Shown: in pieces, positions 27,392 to 37,174 of the stretch
How the letters are laid out: every line of letters begins with the position of its first letter
How positions within the stretch are numbered: position 1 is the stretch's first letter
Source: Deltaproteobacteria bacterium
GTDB lineage: Bacteria > Myxococcota_A > UBA9160 > SMWR01
Direction of reading: 5' to 3'
Assembly: GCA_032128115.1 (NCBI GenBank)
Contig: JAQBHB010000045.1
Location: 1-58,751 of the forward strand
Length of the DNA: 58,751 bases
Program-made: the position numbers and the translations under genes
Notes under the pieces: model-generated
Told to the model about the DNA's origin: nothing
Databases searched by the model: none
The model's input: only the letters and a program-made list of their open reading frames with translations

Positions 27392-29805
27392 AGCTGCTGC
27401 CGCAGCCAGTGGAGAAAGCGCTCGTCGCGGGCGGCGCCCGCGTCGTCGCCCGCGCCGGCGACGGCGTCCGAAGGACACACCTGCGTGGGGAGGGTACCGG
27501 GCAGGAAGTACTCGCTGCGGCGCTCGGGGCACCCGGGCAGCGCCAGCGCCCCGGTCGCCGGGTCGATGTCCACGACCTCCACCTCGGGCGGACGCAGGAA
27601 CTCGCCGCGGATCTCTCCGCCGGTCAGATCCGTGATGAAACGCCGCCAGATCGGGAGCGCCCCGACACTGCTTGGGATCCCCAGGCCCCGGGGCTCGTCG
27701 AAACCCACCCACACCACCGCGACCAGCTCCGGTGTGAAGCCCACGAACCACAGGTCGCGCTCCCCGTCGCTGGTGCCGGTCTTGGCCGCGATGGGACCGC
27801 GCAACCCCGTGCTGCGCACGGCCGCCGCCGTCCCGCGGTCGGCGACACCGGCGAGAAGTGACGTGGCCAGGAACGCAGTGCCGGGGTCCAGAACCCTCTC
27901 GAAGCGCAGGCGGCGGCGCTCGAGCGTGTGTCCGTCCACATCCACCAGGTCTTCGATCGATTGGGTGCGAGGCCGCACGCCCCCGCTGGCCAGGGTGGCG
28001 TAGGCCCTTGCGATCTCCAGCGGCGACACTTCGGCGGTTCCCAGCGCCAGGCTCGGCACCACCGGCAGGCGGCTCGTCACACCCATGCGTCGCGCCACGT
28101 CGGCAACCCGAGGCAGACCCACCTTCTGGGCCAGGCGCGCCGTGGCCACATTGAGCGAGCGCTCCAGAGCGCTCCGGACCGACACCCTGCCGTTGAACTC
28201 GCGGTTGTAGTTCTCCGGGCGCCAGGGGCCACTGGGCGTGTGCACCTCCAGGGGCGAATCGTCCAGAAAGCTGGCCAGGGTGATGACCGGGCCGCCTTCG
28301 GGCTCGAGTCCTGCGATGTAGACGAAGGGCTTGAAGACACTTCCCGTCTGGCGGCGGGCCTGGGTGCAGCGGTCGTACTGCGACTCGCGATAGTCGCGGC
28401 CTCCCACCAAAGCCACGATCTCACCGGTCTGGGGTCGCATGACGACGAGGCAGCCCTGGAGTGACGCACCGGAGCGATCCACGGCGAGCTGCGGATAGCT
28501 GGCCGAGAGACGGTCCAGACCCTCGCTCAGCGCGATCGCCGCAAGGCGCTGCATCCTGCGATCCAGGGTCGAGTAGATGCGCAGGCCCTCGGATGCCAGC
28601 ACCCCCGCGTCGTAGGCTTCCGACAGCTGGCGCCGGAGCAGATCGAGGAAGTAGCGCGCGTCGCCCGGGTCGGGGTTCACCGAGGCCAGCCGCAACGGCT
28701 CGACGCGGGCCGCGGTATGGGCCTCGTGGGAAATTCGCTCCTGGCGCTTCATCAGATCGAGCACGAGATTGCGGCGCTGGGTGGCGCGCTCCCGCTCTCG
28801 ATACGGAGAGAGTCCGTTGGGGCTCTGGATGATCGCCGCCAGCAGGGCCGCTTCGGCCAGGGTGAGCTGGGAGGCGGTCTTCCCGAAGTAGAGGTGAGTG
28901 GCCTCGCCCACTCCGTGCACAGCGGTGGTGCCCCGCTGGCCCAGATAGATTTCGTTCAGATACGCCTGGAGGATGGAGCGCTTGTCGTAACGGAGCTCCA
29001 CCAACAGGGCCATCACGGCTTCCTGGGCCTTGCGTCGGTAGCTCCGCTCGGGCGTCAGGAAGAAATTCTTCACCAACTGCTGGGTGAGGGTGCTGCCCCC
29101 CTCCCGGATCGAGCCCGCGCGCAGGTTGGCCAGCGCCGCGCCCCCGATGCGCTTCACGTCGATCCCGGGGTGGGTCTCGAAGCGCTGGTCCTCCACGGAA
29201 AGGATCGCGTCCACCAGGTATCGGGGCACCTCGTCGAGGGTCACCAGCTCGCGCTGCTCGTGGTCGGGCCCGTAGTAGGCGCCCAGCTGTTCGGGCTCCA
29301 GCAGCACTGCGGCCATTTCGCGACCGCCGGGCAGGGTGCGGATCTCGTCGATCAGGTTTCCGCGCAACCGGATCACCACGTCGTGACTCGGCTCGGGCCG
29401 GCTCGGGTGGTCGAAAGCCCTCAGGTGCACGCGAACCCGGCTCGGGCTCCACACGAACTGGCCCGGAGGCAGATCGCGAACGCCGGGCGCCTGGCGATAC
29501 CCGATCCGTTCCAGCGTCCCGCGCAGATCGATGAGCCGCCAGTCGAGCCCGGGATACAGGATGGTGGGCGCCGAGAAGACCCGAGACGGAACCCGGAAGT
29601 GCTGCCCCTCGAAGCGGTCCCGCACGATCGTGTCCAGCCCTGCCACATAGCTGCCGGTGATCAACCCCACGCCAAAGGTGAGAAAGACGACGGCCCAGGT
29701 CATCCGGCGCCAGCCGCCGATGCGAGAACGCGGGCGCGCACGCCTCTCGTTCGCGTCGCGCGGCCTGCGGCGCGAGCCCGATCCGCTTCGCCGGGCTTTC
29801 GGCAA
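27388..29805 (-). CDS. mrcB: Penicillin-binding protein 1B (UB2H + transglycosylase + transpeptidase)
   Basis: EDQRF..HPG, GGSTLTQQLVKN, RKAQE, YLNEIYLG; SVFK, SLN, KTG; UB2H-like insert. Confidence 0.92.
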   Translation of the reverse strand: MPKARRSGSGSRRRPRDANERRARPRSRIGGWRRMTWAVVFLTFGVGLITGSYVAGLDTIVRDRFEGQHFRVPSRVFSAPTILYPGLDWRLIDLRGTLERIGYRQAPGVRDLPPGQFVWSPSRVRVHLRAFDHPSRPEPSHDVVIRLRGNLIDEIRTLPGGREMAAVLLEPEQLGAYYGPDHEQRELVTLDEVPRYLVDAILSVEDQRFETHPGIDVKRIGGAALANLRAGSIREGGSTLTQQLVKNFFLTPERSYRRKAQEAVMALLVELRYDKRSILQAYLNEIYLGQRGTTAVHGVGEATHLYFGKTASQLTLAEAALLAAIIQSPNGLSPYRERERATQRRNLVLDLMKRQERISHEAHTAARVEPLRLASVNPDPGDARYFLDLLRRQLSEAYDAGVLASEGLRIYSTLDRRMQRLAAIALSEGLDRLSASYPQLAVDRSGASLQGCLVVMRPQTGEIVALVGGRDYRESQYDRCTQARRQTGSVFKPFVYIAGLEPEGGPVITLASFLDDSPLEVHTPSGPWRPENYNREFNGRVSVRSALERSLNVATARLAQKVGLPRVADVARRMGVTSRLPVVPSLALGTAEVSPLEIARAYATLASGGVRPRTQSIEDLVDVDGHTLERRRLRFERVLDPGTAFLATSLLAGVADRGTAAAVRSTGLRGPIAAKTGTSDGERDLWFVGFTPELVAVVWVGFDEPRGLGIPSSVGALPIWRRFITDLTGGEIRGEFLRPPEVEVVDIDPATGALALPGCPERRSEYFLPGTLPTQVCPSDAVAGAGDDAGAARDERFLHWLRQQL

Positions 29806-29830
29806 TCGACCCCCTTGGAACCCTGAAAAG

Positions 29831-30952
29831 CTAGGAGGTGGGCAGAGCTGCGACCACGCGCTCGAGACGCGCCTCGTACGCCTCGCGTGCGATCCTCACG
29901 TCTTCGAGGAAGGGCGCCAGCTCATCCAGGCGCAGGGCCTGAGGCCCGTCGCAGAGTGCCTCGGCGGGGTTGGGATGGAAATCCACAAGCACGCCATTGG
30001 CCCCGGCGATCACACCCTGGGCCGTCGCGTGGAAGACGTCAAGCAGTCCGTCCGGCGAACGCGTCCGGCTCCCCACCGAGTGGGACGGATCCACGAACAC
30101 GGGCAGCCGAGTCAGGCGCCGCACCGCCGGAACGTGGGCGAAGTCCACGAAGTTGCGGTGAGGGTCTCCCAGCTGGGTCTTCATCCCCCGCAGGCAGAAC
30201 ACGATGCGCCGATTGCCCCCCGACGCCACGTACTCGCAGGCGTTGAGCGACTCCTCCAGGGTGATTCCCATTCCGCGCTTGAACAGCACCGGCAGCTCCT
30301 GCTGCTGGCCCACCGCCTTCAGCAGTTCGAAGTTCTGGGCGTTGCGCGTACCGATCTGGAGCATCACTCCTGTTGGATTGCCGGCCTCGAGCAATGCCTT
30401 CTGGATCTCCTCCAGGTGGGACTCATGGGTGATCTCCATGGAGACGATCTGGATGCCGTACTTGCCCGCGAGCTCGAAGACGTACGGCAAGCACTCGGCT
30501 CCCCGGCCCTGGAAGTCGTAGGGACTCGTCCGGGGCTTGTAGGCTCCCGCCCGGGTGGTGGTGATCCCGTGCTCTGCCAGGGCCGCGAACATCTTTTCCA
30601 CGTTCTCTCGGGTGTCGACGGCGCAGACGCCGGGAAACACGTGGAAGCTGTCCTGGCTGATGCGGACGCCGTTGTACTCGAAGCCCACCGCCTCCAGGTC
30701 ACCCCCGTGTCGGCCGATGGCCCGGAACTTCTCCGTGATCCGGACCACCTTCTCGACGCACGCGAACTCTCGGAAGGGCTCCGTGGGAACCACCCCCGTG
30801 GGACCCAACAGATAGACTTCGGTCAGGCTCCGGGTAGCCCCTCGGATGTGGTGGAACTCGGTGGTGATGCCCGGGTAGCTCCTGGCCAGCTCCACAACCC
30901 GCAGCACCTCTGGCGCGTCGGGCTTGACGTCGGCCTTCATGACGATGATCAC
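29831..30952 (-). CDS. aroF: DAHP synthase type I-beta with N-terminal regulatory domain
   Basis: MIIVMK, RAGAYKPRTSPYDFQG, QIGTRNAQN, KRG, DPSH, CDGPQ. Confidence 0.88.
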   Translation of the reverse strand: MIIVMKADVKPDAPEVLRVVELARSYPGITTEFHHIRGATRSLTEVYLLGPTGVVPTEPFREFACVEKVVRITEKFRAIGRHGGDLEAVGFEYNGVRISQDSFHVFPGVCAVDTRENVEKMFAALAEHGITTTRAGAYKPRTSPYDFQGRGAECLPYVFELAGKYGIQIVSMEITHESHLEEIQKALLEAGNPTGVMLQIGTRNAQNFELLKAVGQQQELPVLFKRGMGITLEESLNACEYVASGGNRRIVFCLRGMKTQLGDPHRNFVDFAHVPAVRRLTRLPVFVDPSHSVGSRTRSPDGLLDVFHATAQGVIAGANGVLVDFHPNPAEALCDGPQALRLDELAPFLEDVRIAREAYEARLERVVAALPTS

Positions 30953-31032
30953 GGGCTCTCCGAAGCGACGGACTAGCGCAGGCTAGCGCCAGAGCCTTGC
31001 GAAATCCCCTTTTCTCTCCGAGATTTGCCGCC

Positions 31033-32457
31033 ATGACGCGAGTGAAGGACAAGCCCTGGGGCGGGCGCTTCCAGCAAGCCACCAGTCCGGCAGTGGAACG
31101 CTTCACGGCCTCGATCCACTTTGATCGGGCCCTGGCCCACTACGACATCCGGGTCTCGATCGAGCACGCCCGCATGCTGGCCCGTCAGGGACTGGTGTCG
31201 GAGGCGGACGAGGCCCAGCTGCTCGACGGGCTCCACGCGATCGCTGCCGAGATCGAATCCGGTGAGTTCCCGTTGGACCCCTCGCTCGAGGACATCCACA
31301 TGAATGTGGAGGCGCGACTGCGCGAGCGGATCGGTCCCACCGCGGGCCGTCTCCACACGGGCCGCAGCCGCAACGACCAGGTGGCCACGGACCTGGCCCT
31401 CTACCTGCGCGACGCCTCCCGGGCCGCGGAGCGGGGGCTCCACGAGCTGCGCCAGGTGCTCTGCGGTAGGGGCCGCGAACACCTGGATACGATCCTGCCG
31501 GGCTACACCCACCTGCAACGCGCCCAGCCCGTGCGGCTCGCCCACCACTGGCTGGCCTTCGTAGAGATGTTCGGGCGCGATGCCCAGCGGCTTCGGGACG
31601 GCCGGCGGCGCCTGGCCCGCTCGCCATTGGGGGCGGGGGCCCTGGCCGGCTCGACCCTGCCCCTGGATCCCGAACGGACCGCCAGGGCCCTGGGGTTCGA
31701 GGGACCCAGCCTCAACAGTATGGATGCAGTGGCCTCGCGCGACACCGCCCTCGAGTTCCTGGCCGCGGCCGCCATCGCCATGGTGAACCTGTCGCGCCTG
31801 GCCGAGGAGCTGGTGATCTGGTCCACCAGCGAGTTCGGCTTCGTGGAGCTCGCCGACGCCTACTCCACCGGGTCGAGCCTGATGCCCCAGAAGAAGAACC
31901 CGGACGTGCCCGAGCTGGTGCGCGGCAAGAGTGGTCGCGTGGTGGGAAACCTGATGTCGCTGCTCACGGTGATGAAGGGGCTTCCACTCACCTACAACCG
32001 GGACCTCCAGGAGGACAAAGAGCCGGTCTTCGATTCGGCGGCCACCTTGCGAGACTCTCTCGAGGTGATGAGCGGAGCCCTGGCCACGCTTCGCGTCGAT
32101 CGCGAGCGCATGGCCCGGGCCGCCGACGATCCATTGCTCCTGGCCACCGACCTGGCGGAGGCCCTGGTGCTCGCCGGGGTGCCGTTTCGGGAGGCCCACG
32201 AAGCCGTGGGTCGGGTGGTGCACCACTGCCTGGACAAGGAGCTGGATCTGCGCACGCTCTCCCATCAGGATCTGCAGGCCTTCCACCAGGGCTTCCGGGC
32301 CGGCGTCGGAGAACTTGCGGACCTCGAGCGCGCAGTCGACGGGCGATCCCTGCCCGGGGGCACCTCGCGCGATCGGGTGGAAGCGGCTCTCGACGACGCC
32401 GATGGTCGCATCGCCGCCGATCTTGACGCACTCGGCGAAGAAGAACGGAATTCATGA
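31033..32457 (+). CDS. argH: Argininosuccinate lyase
   Basis: WGGRF, EDIH, HTGRSRNDQ, PGYTHLQRAQP, GSSLMPQKKNPD, YNRDLQEDK. Confidence 0.96.
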   Translation: MTRVKDKPWGGRFQQATSPAVERFTASIHFDRALAHYDIRVSIEHARMLARQGLVSEADEAQLLDGLHAIAAEIESGEFPLDPSLEDIHMNVEARLRERIGPTAGRLHTGRSRNDQVATDLALYLRDASRAAERGLHELRQVLCGRGREHLDTILPGYTHLQRAQPVRLAHHWLAFVEMFGRDAQRLRDGRRRLARSPLGAGALAGSTLPLDPERTARALGFEGPSLNSMDAVASRDTALEFLAAAAIAMVNLSRLAEELVIWSTSEFGFVELADAYSTGSSLMPQKKNPDVPELVRGKSGRVVGNLMSLLTVMKGLPLTYNRDLQEDKEPVFDSAATLRDSLEVMSGALATLRVDRERMARAADDPLLLATDLAEALVLAGVPFREAHEAVGRVVHHCLDKELDLRTLSHQDLQAFHQGFRAGVGELADLERAVDGRSLPGGTSRDRVEAALDDADGRIAADLDALGEEERNS

Positions 32458-32630
32458 CGCACTCGGCGGCTTTCGTGACGCTGGCATGCGCTCTGGCCCT
32501 GGTGGCCTGCGGGAAGGCGGGGCCGCCTGTCCGGAGCGTATCCGCCCCGCCTGGCCAGTCTGATCCGATGGGCCCGACTGATCCGATGGACCCGACGAGT
32601 CAGGAAGAACCGGGGGATGCGGAGCGATGA
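32454..32630 (+). CDS. Small lipoprotein, LptM/YifL/LppL-like (58 aa)
   Basis: MTHSAAFVTLACALALVACGKAGPPVRS...; lipobox LVAC + GKAGPP; ATGA overlaps with both argH and lysA. Not in ORF track. Confidence 0.75.
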   Translation: MTHSAAFVTLACALALVACGKAGPPVRSVSAPPGQSDPMGPTDPMDPTSQEEPGDAER

Positions 32631-33889
32631 GCCAGGTCTTTCATCGCGTGGAGGATCGACTCCAGGTGGAGCAGGTGCCGATCGAGCGGATCGCCGACCA
32701 GGTGGGCACCCCCGTGTTCATCTACAGCGCCTCGGCCCTGTGCGACTCCTACGACGCCCTGGACGCGGCATTCGCCGGGGTTCCCCACCTGCTCTGCTAC
32801 GCCATCAAGTCGAACATGAATCTGGCCGTGGTGCGCACCCTGGTGGCTCGGGGCGCCGGCATCGATTCCACCTCGGGGGGCGAGCTGTTCCGGGCCCTCA
32901 AGGTGGGTGCCGACCCGGCAAAGATCGTCTACTCCGGGGTGGGCAAGACCGATCGCGAGATCGACCAGGCCCTTCAGGCCGGCATTAAGGCCTTCAATGT
33001 GGAATCCCACGCGGAGCTGCGGCGGATCGATGCCCGGGCAGGAGCCCTGGGGGCCATCGCCCCCATCTGCTTCCGGGTCAATCCGGACGTGGATCCCGAG
33101 ACCCACCCCTATATCTCCACTGGGCTCAGTACCAGCAAGTTCGGGATCCCCATCGGCGAGGCCCCCGGGGCCTACGCGGAAGCCAAGGCGCTCCCCCACG
33201 TGCGGGTGTTGGGAATCGACTGCCACATCGGCTCGCAGCTCACGAGCACCGGACCCTTCTCTGCCGCCCTTGATCTGGTGCGCAACCTGGTGCGGGAGCT
33301 GCGTGAGGCCGGCCACGACATCCGAATGATCGACGTGGGGGGCGGCCTGGGCGTCCGCTATCGGGACGAGGAGCCCCCCAGCGCCGCCGAGTACGCCAAC
33401 GCGGTGATCGGGGCCGTGGGCGACCTCGACTGCGAGATCGTGGTGGAGCCCGGCCGTTGGATCAGCGCCCCCGCCGGCCTGCTGGTGGCGCGCGTGCTCT
33501 ACGAGAAGAGCAACGGCGACAAGCACTTCGTGATCGTGGACGCCGCCATGAACGACCTGCTGCGCCCCGCACTCTACCAGGCGCACCAGCGCATCGAGCC
33601 GGTGGGCCCCATCCGTGGGCCCGAGCGCACGGTCGACGTGGTGGGTCCCGTGTGTGAGTCGAGTGATTTCCTGGCCAGGGACCGACCGCTGGCTCGCGTT
33701 GCGTCCGGCGACCTGCTGGCCGTGCACTCGTCCGGCGCCTACGGCTTCGCCATGTCTTCCAATTACAATGGGCGACCCCGTGCCGCCGAGGTGCTGGTGC
33801 GCGGCGACCGCTTCCAGGTGGTGCGCGAGCGGGAGAACCACGAGGACATGATCCGCGGCGAATCGGTGCCGAAGGAGCTCACCGGGTGA
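32627..33889 (+). CDS. lysA: Diaminopimelate decarboxylase
   Basis: YAIKSN, SKFGI, HIGSQ, DVGGG, EPGR, GPVCESSD, GAYG..MSSNYN. Confidence 0.96.
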   Translation: MSQVFHRVEDRLQVEQVPIERIADQVGTPVFIYSASALCDSYDALDAAFAGVPHLLCYAIKSNMNLAVVRTLVARGAGIDSTSGGELFRALKVGADPAKIVYSGVGKTDREIDQALQAGIKAFNVESHAELRRIDARAGALGAIAPICFRVNPDVDPETHPYISTGLSTSKFGIPIGEAPGAYAEAKALPHVRVLGIDCHIGSQLTSTGPFSAALDLVRNLVRELREAGHDIRMIDVGGGLGVRYRDEEPPSAAEYANAVIGAVGDLDCEIVVEPGRWISAPAGLLVARVLYEKSNGDKHFVIVDAAMNDLLRPALYQAHQRIEPVGPIRGPERTVDVVGPVCESSDFLARDRPLARVASGDLLAVHSSGAYGFAMSSNYNGRPRAAEVLVRGDRFQVVRERENHEDMIRGESVPKELTG

Positions 33890-34764
33890 GTACGCCTATC
33901 GACTTCACCAAGATGCACGGGGCCGGGAACGACTTCGTGGTGCTCGACGGCCGCGACGAAGCGCTTCCGCCGCTCGAGGCCGTGTCGCGTTTCCTGTGCG
34001 ACCGCCACTTCGGGGTGGGAGCGGACCAGGTGCTGGTGGTGCGCACGTCGCGAGCCGCCGACTTCCGCATGGAGATCTACAACGCGGACGGCTCCCAGGT
34101 GGAAATGTGCGCCAACGGGATCCGCGTCTTCTACAAATACCTGCGCGATCGCGGTATCACCCGAGACGAGGAGATCGGGGTCGAGACACTCTCGGGCGTC
34201 GTTCGGCCCCGCTGGGCCGGCCGCGATCGCGTGCGCGTCGATATGGGACGCCCGGTCCTGACTCCCGCAAAGATTCCCACCACGTTGGGCGCGGGCGACG
34301 GGCCCGTGCTCGACGTGCCGCTCCCCCTGCTCGGCGAGGGCGCCGAGGGCCTGCGGGTGTCGTCCGTCTCCATGGGCAACCCCCACGCGGTGGTGTTCGT
34401 GGACGATCCGGACACGGCGCCGGTCGCGATGCTCGGTCCCCGGATCGAGAACCACCCGGCGTTTCCGAACCGGGTCAATGTGGAGTTCGTGACGCCCGTC
34501 GGGCGGAGCCGCATCCGTCAGCGCACGTGGGAGCGCGGCACGGGCGAAACCCTCGCCTGCGGGAGCGGCGCTTGTGCCGTCGCGGTGGTATCCATGCTCC
34601 GGAATCTGGTGGACCGCGTGGTCACCATCGAGCTGCGCGGGGGCGAGCTCGAGATCGAGTGGCCGAGCAACGAAGCCCAGGTGCTGATGACGGGCCCGGC
34701 GGCAGAGGTCTTCACTGGGCAGGTGGAACTGCCCGATACCGCCGAATACGCCGAATTCGAATAG
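33886..34764 (+). CDS. dapF: Diaminopimelate epimerase
   Basis: FTKMHGAGNDF, NADGS..EMCANG, MGNPH, ERGTGETLACGSG. Confidence 0.96.
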   Translation: MSTPIDFTKMHGAGNDFVVLDGRDEALPPLEAVSRFLCDRHFGVGADQVLVVRTSRAADFRMEIYNADGSQVEMCANGIRVFYKYLRDRGITRDEEIGVETLSGVVRPRWAGRDRVRVDMGRPVLTPAKIPTTLGAGDGPVLDVPLPLLGEGAEGLRVSSVSMGNPHAVVFVDDPDTAPVAMLGPRIENHPAFPNRVNVEFVTPVGRSRIRQRTWERGTGETLACGSGACAVAVVSMLRNLVDRVVTIELRGGELEIEWPSNEAQVLMTGPAAEVFTGQVELPDTAEYAEFE

Positions 34765-34788
34765 GGATCGGCGCGGGGGGAGATCGCG

Positions 34789-35664
34789 GTGTTCGAAGGT
34801 GTGATCACGGCTCTGGTTACCCCGTTTCGCGGCGACCAGCTGGACGAGGAATCGCTTCGCCAACTGGTGGAGCGTCAGATCGAGGCGGGCGTCGACGGTC
34901 TGGCTCCGTGCGGGTCCACCGGCGAGTCGGCCACACTCTCCCACGCGGAACACCGGCGCGTAGTGGAGGTGGTGGTGGATGCTGCCCGCGGCCGGGTGAT
35001 GGTGCTGGCGGGGACGGGATCCAATTCGACCCGCGAGGCCATCGAGCTGACCCGACACGCGCGCGAGGCGGGCGCCGACGGCGCGCTGTTGATCTCTCCC
35101 TATTACAACAAGCCCACCCAGGAAGGCATCTACGCGCACTACGCCGAGATCGCCCGCCAGACCTCGTTTCCCCTGGTCGTCTACAACATCCCGGGACGCA
35201 CGGCCTCGAACATCCTCGCGTCCACCACGGCACGGCTCGCGGATCTTTCCCACGTGGTGGGCATCAAGGAGTCGAGCGGCGACCTGTCGCAGATCTCTTC
35301 GGTGGTGGCCCTGTGTCCCGACGACTTCTGCGTGCTCTCGGGTGACGACGCGGTCACGCTGGCCCTGCTGGCGGTGGGAGGCGACGGGGTGATCTCCACC
35401 ACCGCCAATCTGGCGCCGGCCGCAATGGTGGATCTGGTGCGCAGCTTCCGCTCGGGCGACCACGCCCGAGCCCTCGGGGTGCACCAACGCCTGCTGCCGC
35501 TGTTCGACGCGCTCTTCTGCGAGACCAACCCGATTCCGGTGAAGGCGGCGCTCGCGAGCCTGGGGCTGGTGAGCGACGAGATCCGCCTGCCTCTGACGCC
35601 CCTGGGCGAAGCCCACCGGGAGCGGCTGCGCGTGGTGCTGAAGGAGATGGGCATCTCGGCATGA
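34789..35664 (+). CDS. dapA: 4-hydroxy-tetrahydrodipicolinate synthase
   Basis: ALVTPF, GSTGE, PYYNKP, YNIPGRT, GIKE, LSGDD, NPIPVK. Confidence 0.96.
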   Translation: MFEGVITALVTPFRGDQLDEESLRQLVERQIEAGVDGLAPCGSTGESATLSHAEHRRVVEVVVDAARGRVMVLAGTGSNSTREAIELTRHAREAGADGALLISPYYNKPTQEGIYAHYAEIARQTSFPLVVYNIPGRTASNILASTTARLADLSHVVGIKESSGDLSQISSVVALCPDDFCVLSGDDAVTLALLAVGGDGVISTTANLAPAAMVDLVRSFRSGDHARALGVHQRLLPLFDALFCETNPIPVKAALASLGLVSDEIRLPLTPLGEAHRERLRVVLKEMGISA

Positions 35665-36464
35665 GCGAGGCGCGCGGAGTCTGCGTGGTGGGCGCCCTGG
35701 GACGCATGGGGGAGCGGGTGCGCGCAGCGCTGGCGGAAGAGCCCACGCTGCGCCTGACCTCGGCCCTGGAGGCGAGCGGCCACCCGAGCCTGGGCGAAGC
35801 CCTCGGCGACGGCGTCGTCCTGACAGACGACCCCAAGCTGGCGCTCGCGAGCGCAGATGTTGCCATCGACTTCTCGCTTCCGGCCGCAACGCTTGCCACG
35901 CTGCGGGCCGCAGCGTCCGCAGGGACCGCCTATGTGGCTGGCACCACGGGATTTTCAAACGCCCAGCGCGAGGAGCTCGCGAGCCTTTCGGAGCGGGTAC
36001 CCGTGATGCTGGCCGCCAACTTCTCGGTGGCGGTAAACGTGCTGGGTTGGCTGGTGAGCCAGGCGGCGCAGCGCCTGGGCCCGGACTACGACGCGGAGCT
36101 GGTGGAGATCCACCACAGGGCGAAGCGCGATGCCCCCAGCGGTACGGCGCTGTGGCTGGCAGAGGCCATCGCAAAGGCGCGGGGTCAGACGTTGGAGGAT
36201 GTCGCGGTTCTCGAGCGCGCAGGCGAGATCGGCGCGCGCCCGGAGGGTGCCATCGGCATCCAATCACTCCGCGCCGGCGACTGCCCCGGGGATCACACCG
36301 TGATCTTTGCCGGGCGCGGAGAGCGCCTGGAGCTGGTGCACCGCGCCAGCACCCGCGATCACTTCGCCCGCGGCGCCGTGCGCGCCGCCGCCTGGCTGTG
36401 CGGCCGCGAGCCGGGCAGCTACGTCTTCGAACAGGTCCTGGGACTCGGCAGCAAGAACGATTGA
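35661..36464 (+). CDS. dapB: 4-hydroxy-tetrahydrodipicolinate reductase
   Basis: GALGRMG, IDFS, GTTG, ANFS, EIHHRAKRDAPSGTA. Confidence 0.96.
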   Translation: MSEARGVCVVGALGRMGERVRAALAEEPTLRLTSALEASGHPSLGEALGDGVVLTDDPKLALASADVAIDFSLPAATLATLRAAASAGTAYVAGTTGFSNAQREELASLSERVPVMLAANFSVAVNVLGWLVSQAAQRLGPDYDAELVEIHHRAKRDAPSGTALWLAEAIAKARGQTLEDVAVLERAGEIGARPEGAIGIQSLRAGDCPGDHTVIFAGRGERLELVHRASTRDHFARGAVRAAAWLCGREPGSYVFEQVLGLGSKND

Positions 36465-36791
36465 ACGGTTCCCGTGCGGAGCCGAAAGCACGCAGGTTCG
36501 CCGCGCGAACCGAGCGACGGACAGTCGTTGTGGGCAGGTCTTTGCACAGTTGAGCGCGAACTGTGCCTATGCGTCGGGTTTCAACCGCATTGCAATCGCA
36601 CGCGAACAACGGTTTCTTGCGCAGCGCTACGGCAGCGAGCGAAGTCCATCGGGTCGGTGGAAAAGGCGTTCCGTTACACCGCAATTCATTGCGCACACAC
36701 GAGGCGGCATTGCACACTCTCACGCCGGCAGGCCCCCGGGGCGTCGACGCACAACGATGTACGTAGGAAAACGAAACTGCACGGAACAAAG

Positions 36792-36807
36792 CGGCACTGC
36801 TTTTGCA
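36792..36807 (+). promoter_or_regulatory. sigma54 (-24/-12) promoter
   Basis: CGGCAC-TGCTT-TTGCA, 16 nt before ATG 36824. Confidence 0.7.
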
Positions 36808-36823
36808 AAGACCCGCTCGCACC

Positions 36824-37141
36824 ATGAGTAAAGGCACAAGCAAAGCATACGACGATGCGTTCACGAACCTGACGTTGGAAGAACTCGAACGTCGGGCGCG
36901 TGAAAGTTCGGGAGGCCGGGGTCTCCCGCTGCGCGATTGGGTCGCATTGGCGGAGGCCTGGCGAATCGCGCAGGCCCTTCGTACGGCGCGGGGCAATCGC
37001 GCCGCAGCTGCCCGACAGCTGGGGATCGGCCGACGCACCCTCTACTCGAAGATGCGAAAGCTGGGTCTGGAGCCGAGCTGGGGAATTCCCCAGGACGCCA
37101 CGGGCGACATCGGGCGCGGATCGAGCGTCGAACGCGAATAG
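36824..37141 (+). CDS. Stand-alone Fis-type HTH (HTH_8) protein
   Basis: E..RIAQAL..ARGNRAAAARQLGIGRRTLYSKMRKLGL. Confidence 0.85.
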   Translation: MSKGTSKAYDDAFTNLTLEELERRARESSGGRGLPLRDWVALAEAWRIAQALRTARGNRAAAARQLGIGRRTLYSKMRKLGLEPSWGIPQDATGDIGRGSSVERE

Positions 37142-37174
37142 CGCGAATAGCGGGCCCGACGAAGGGTCGGGGGT

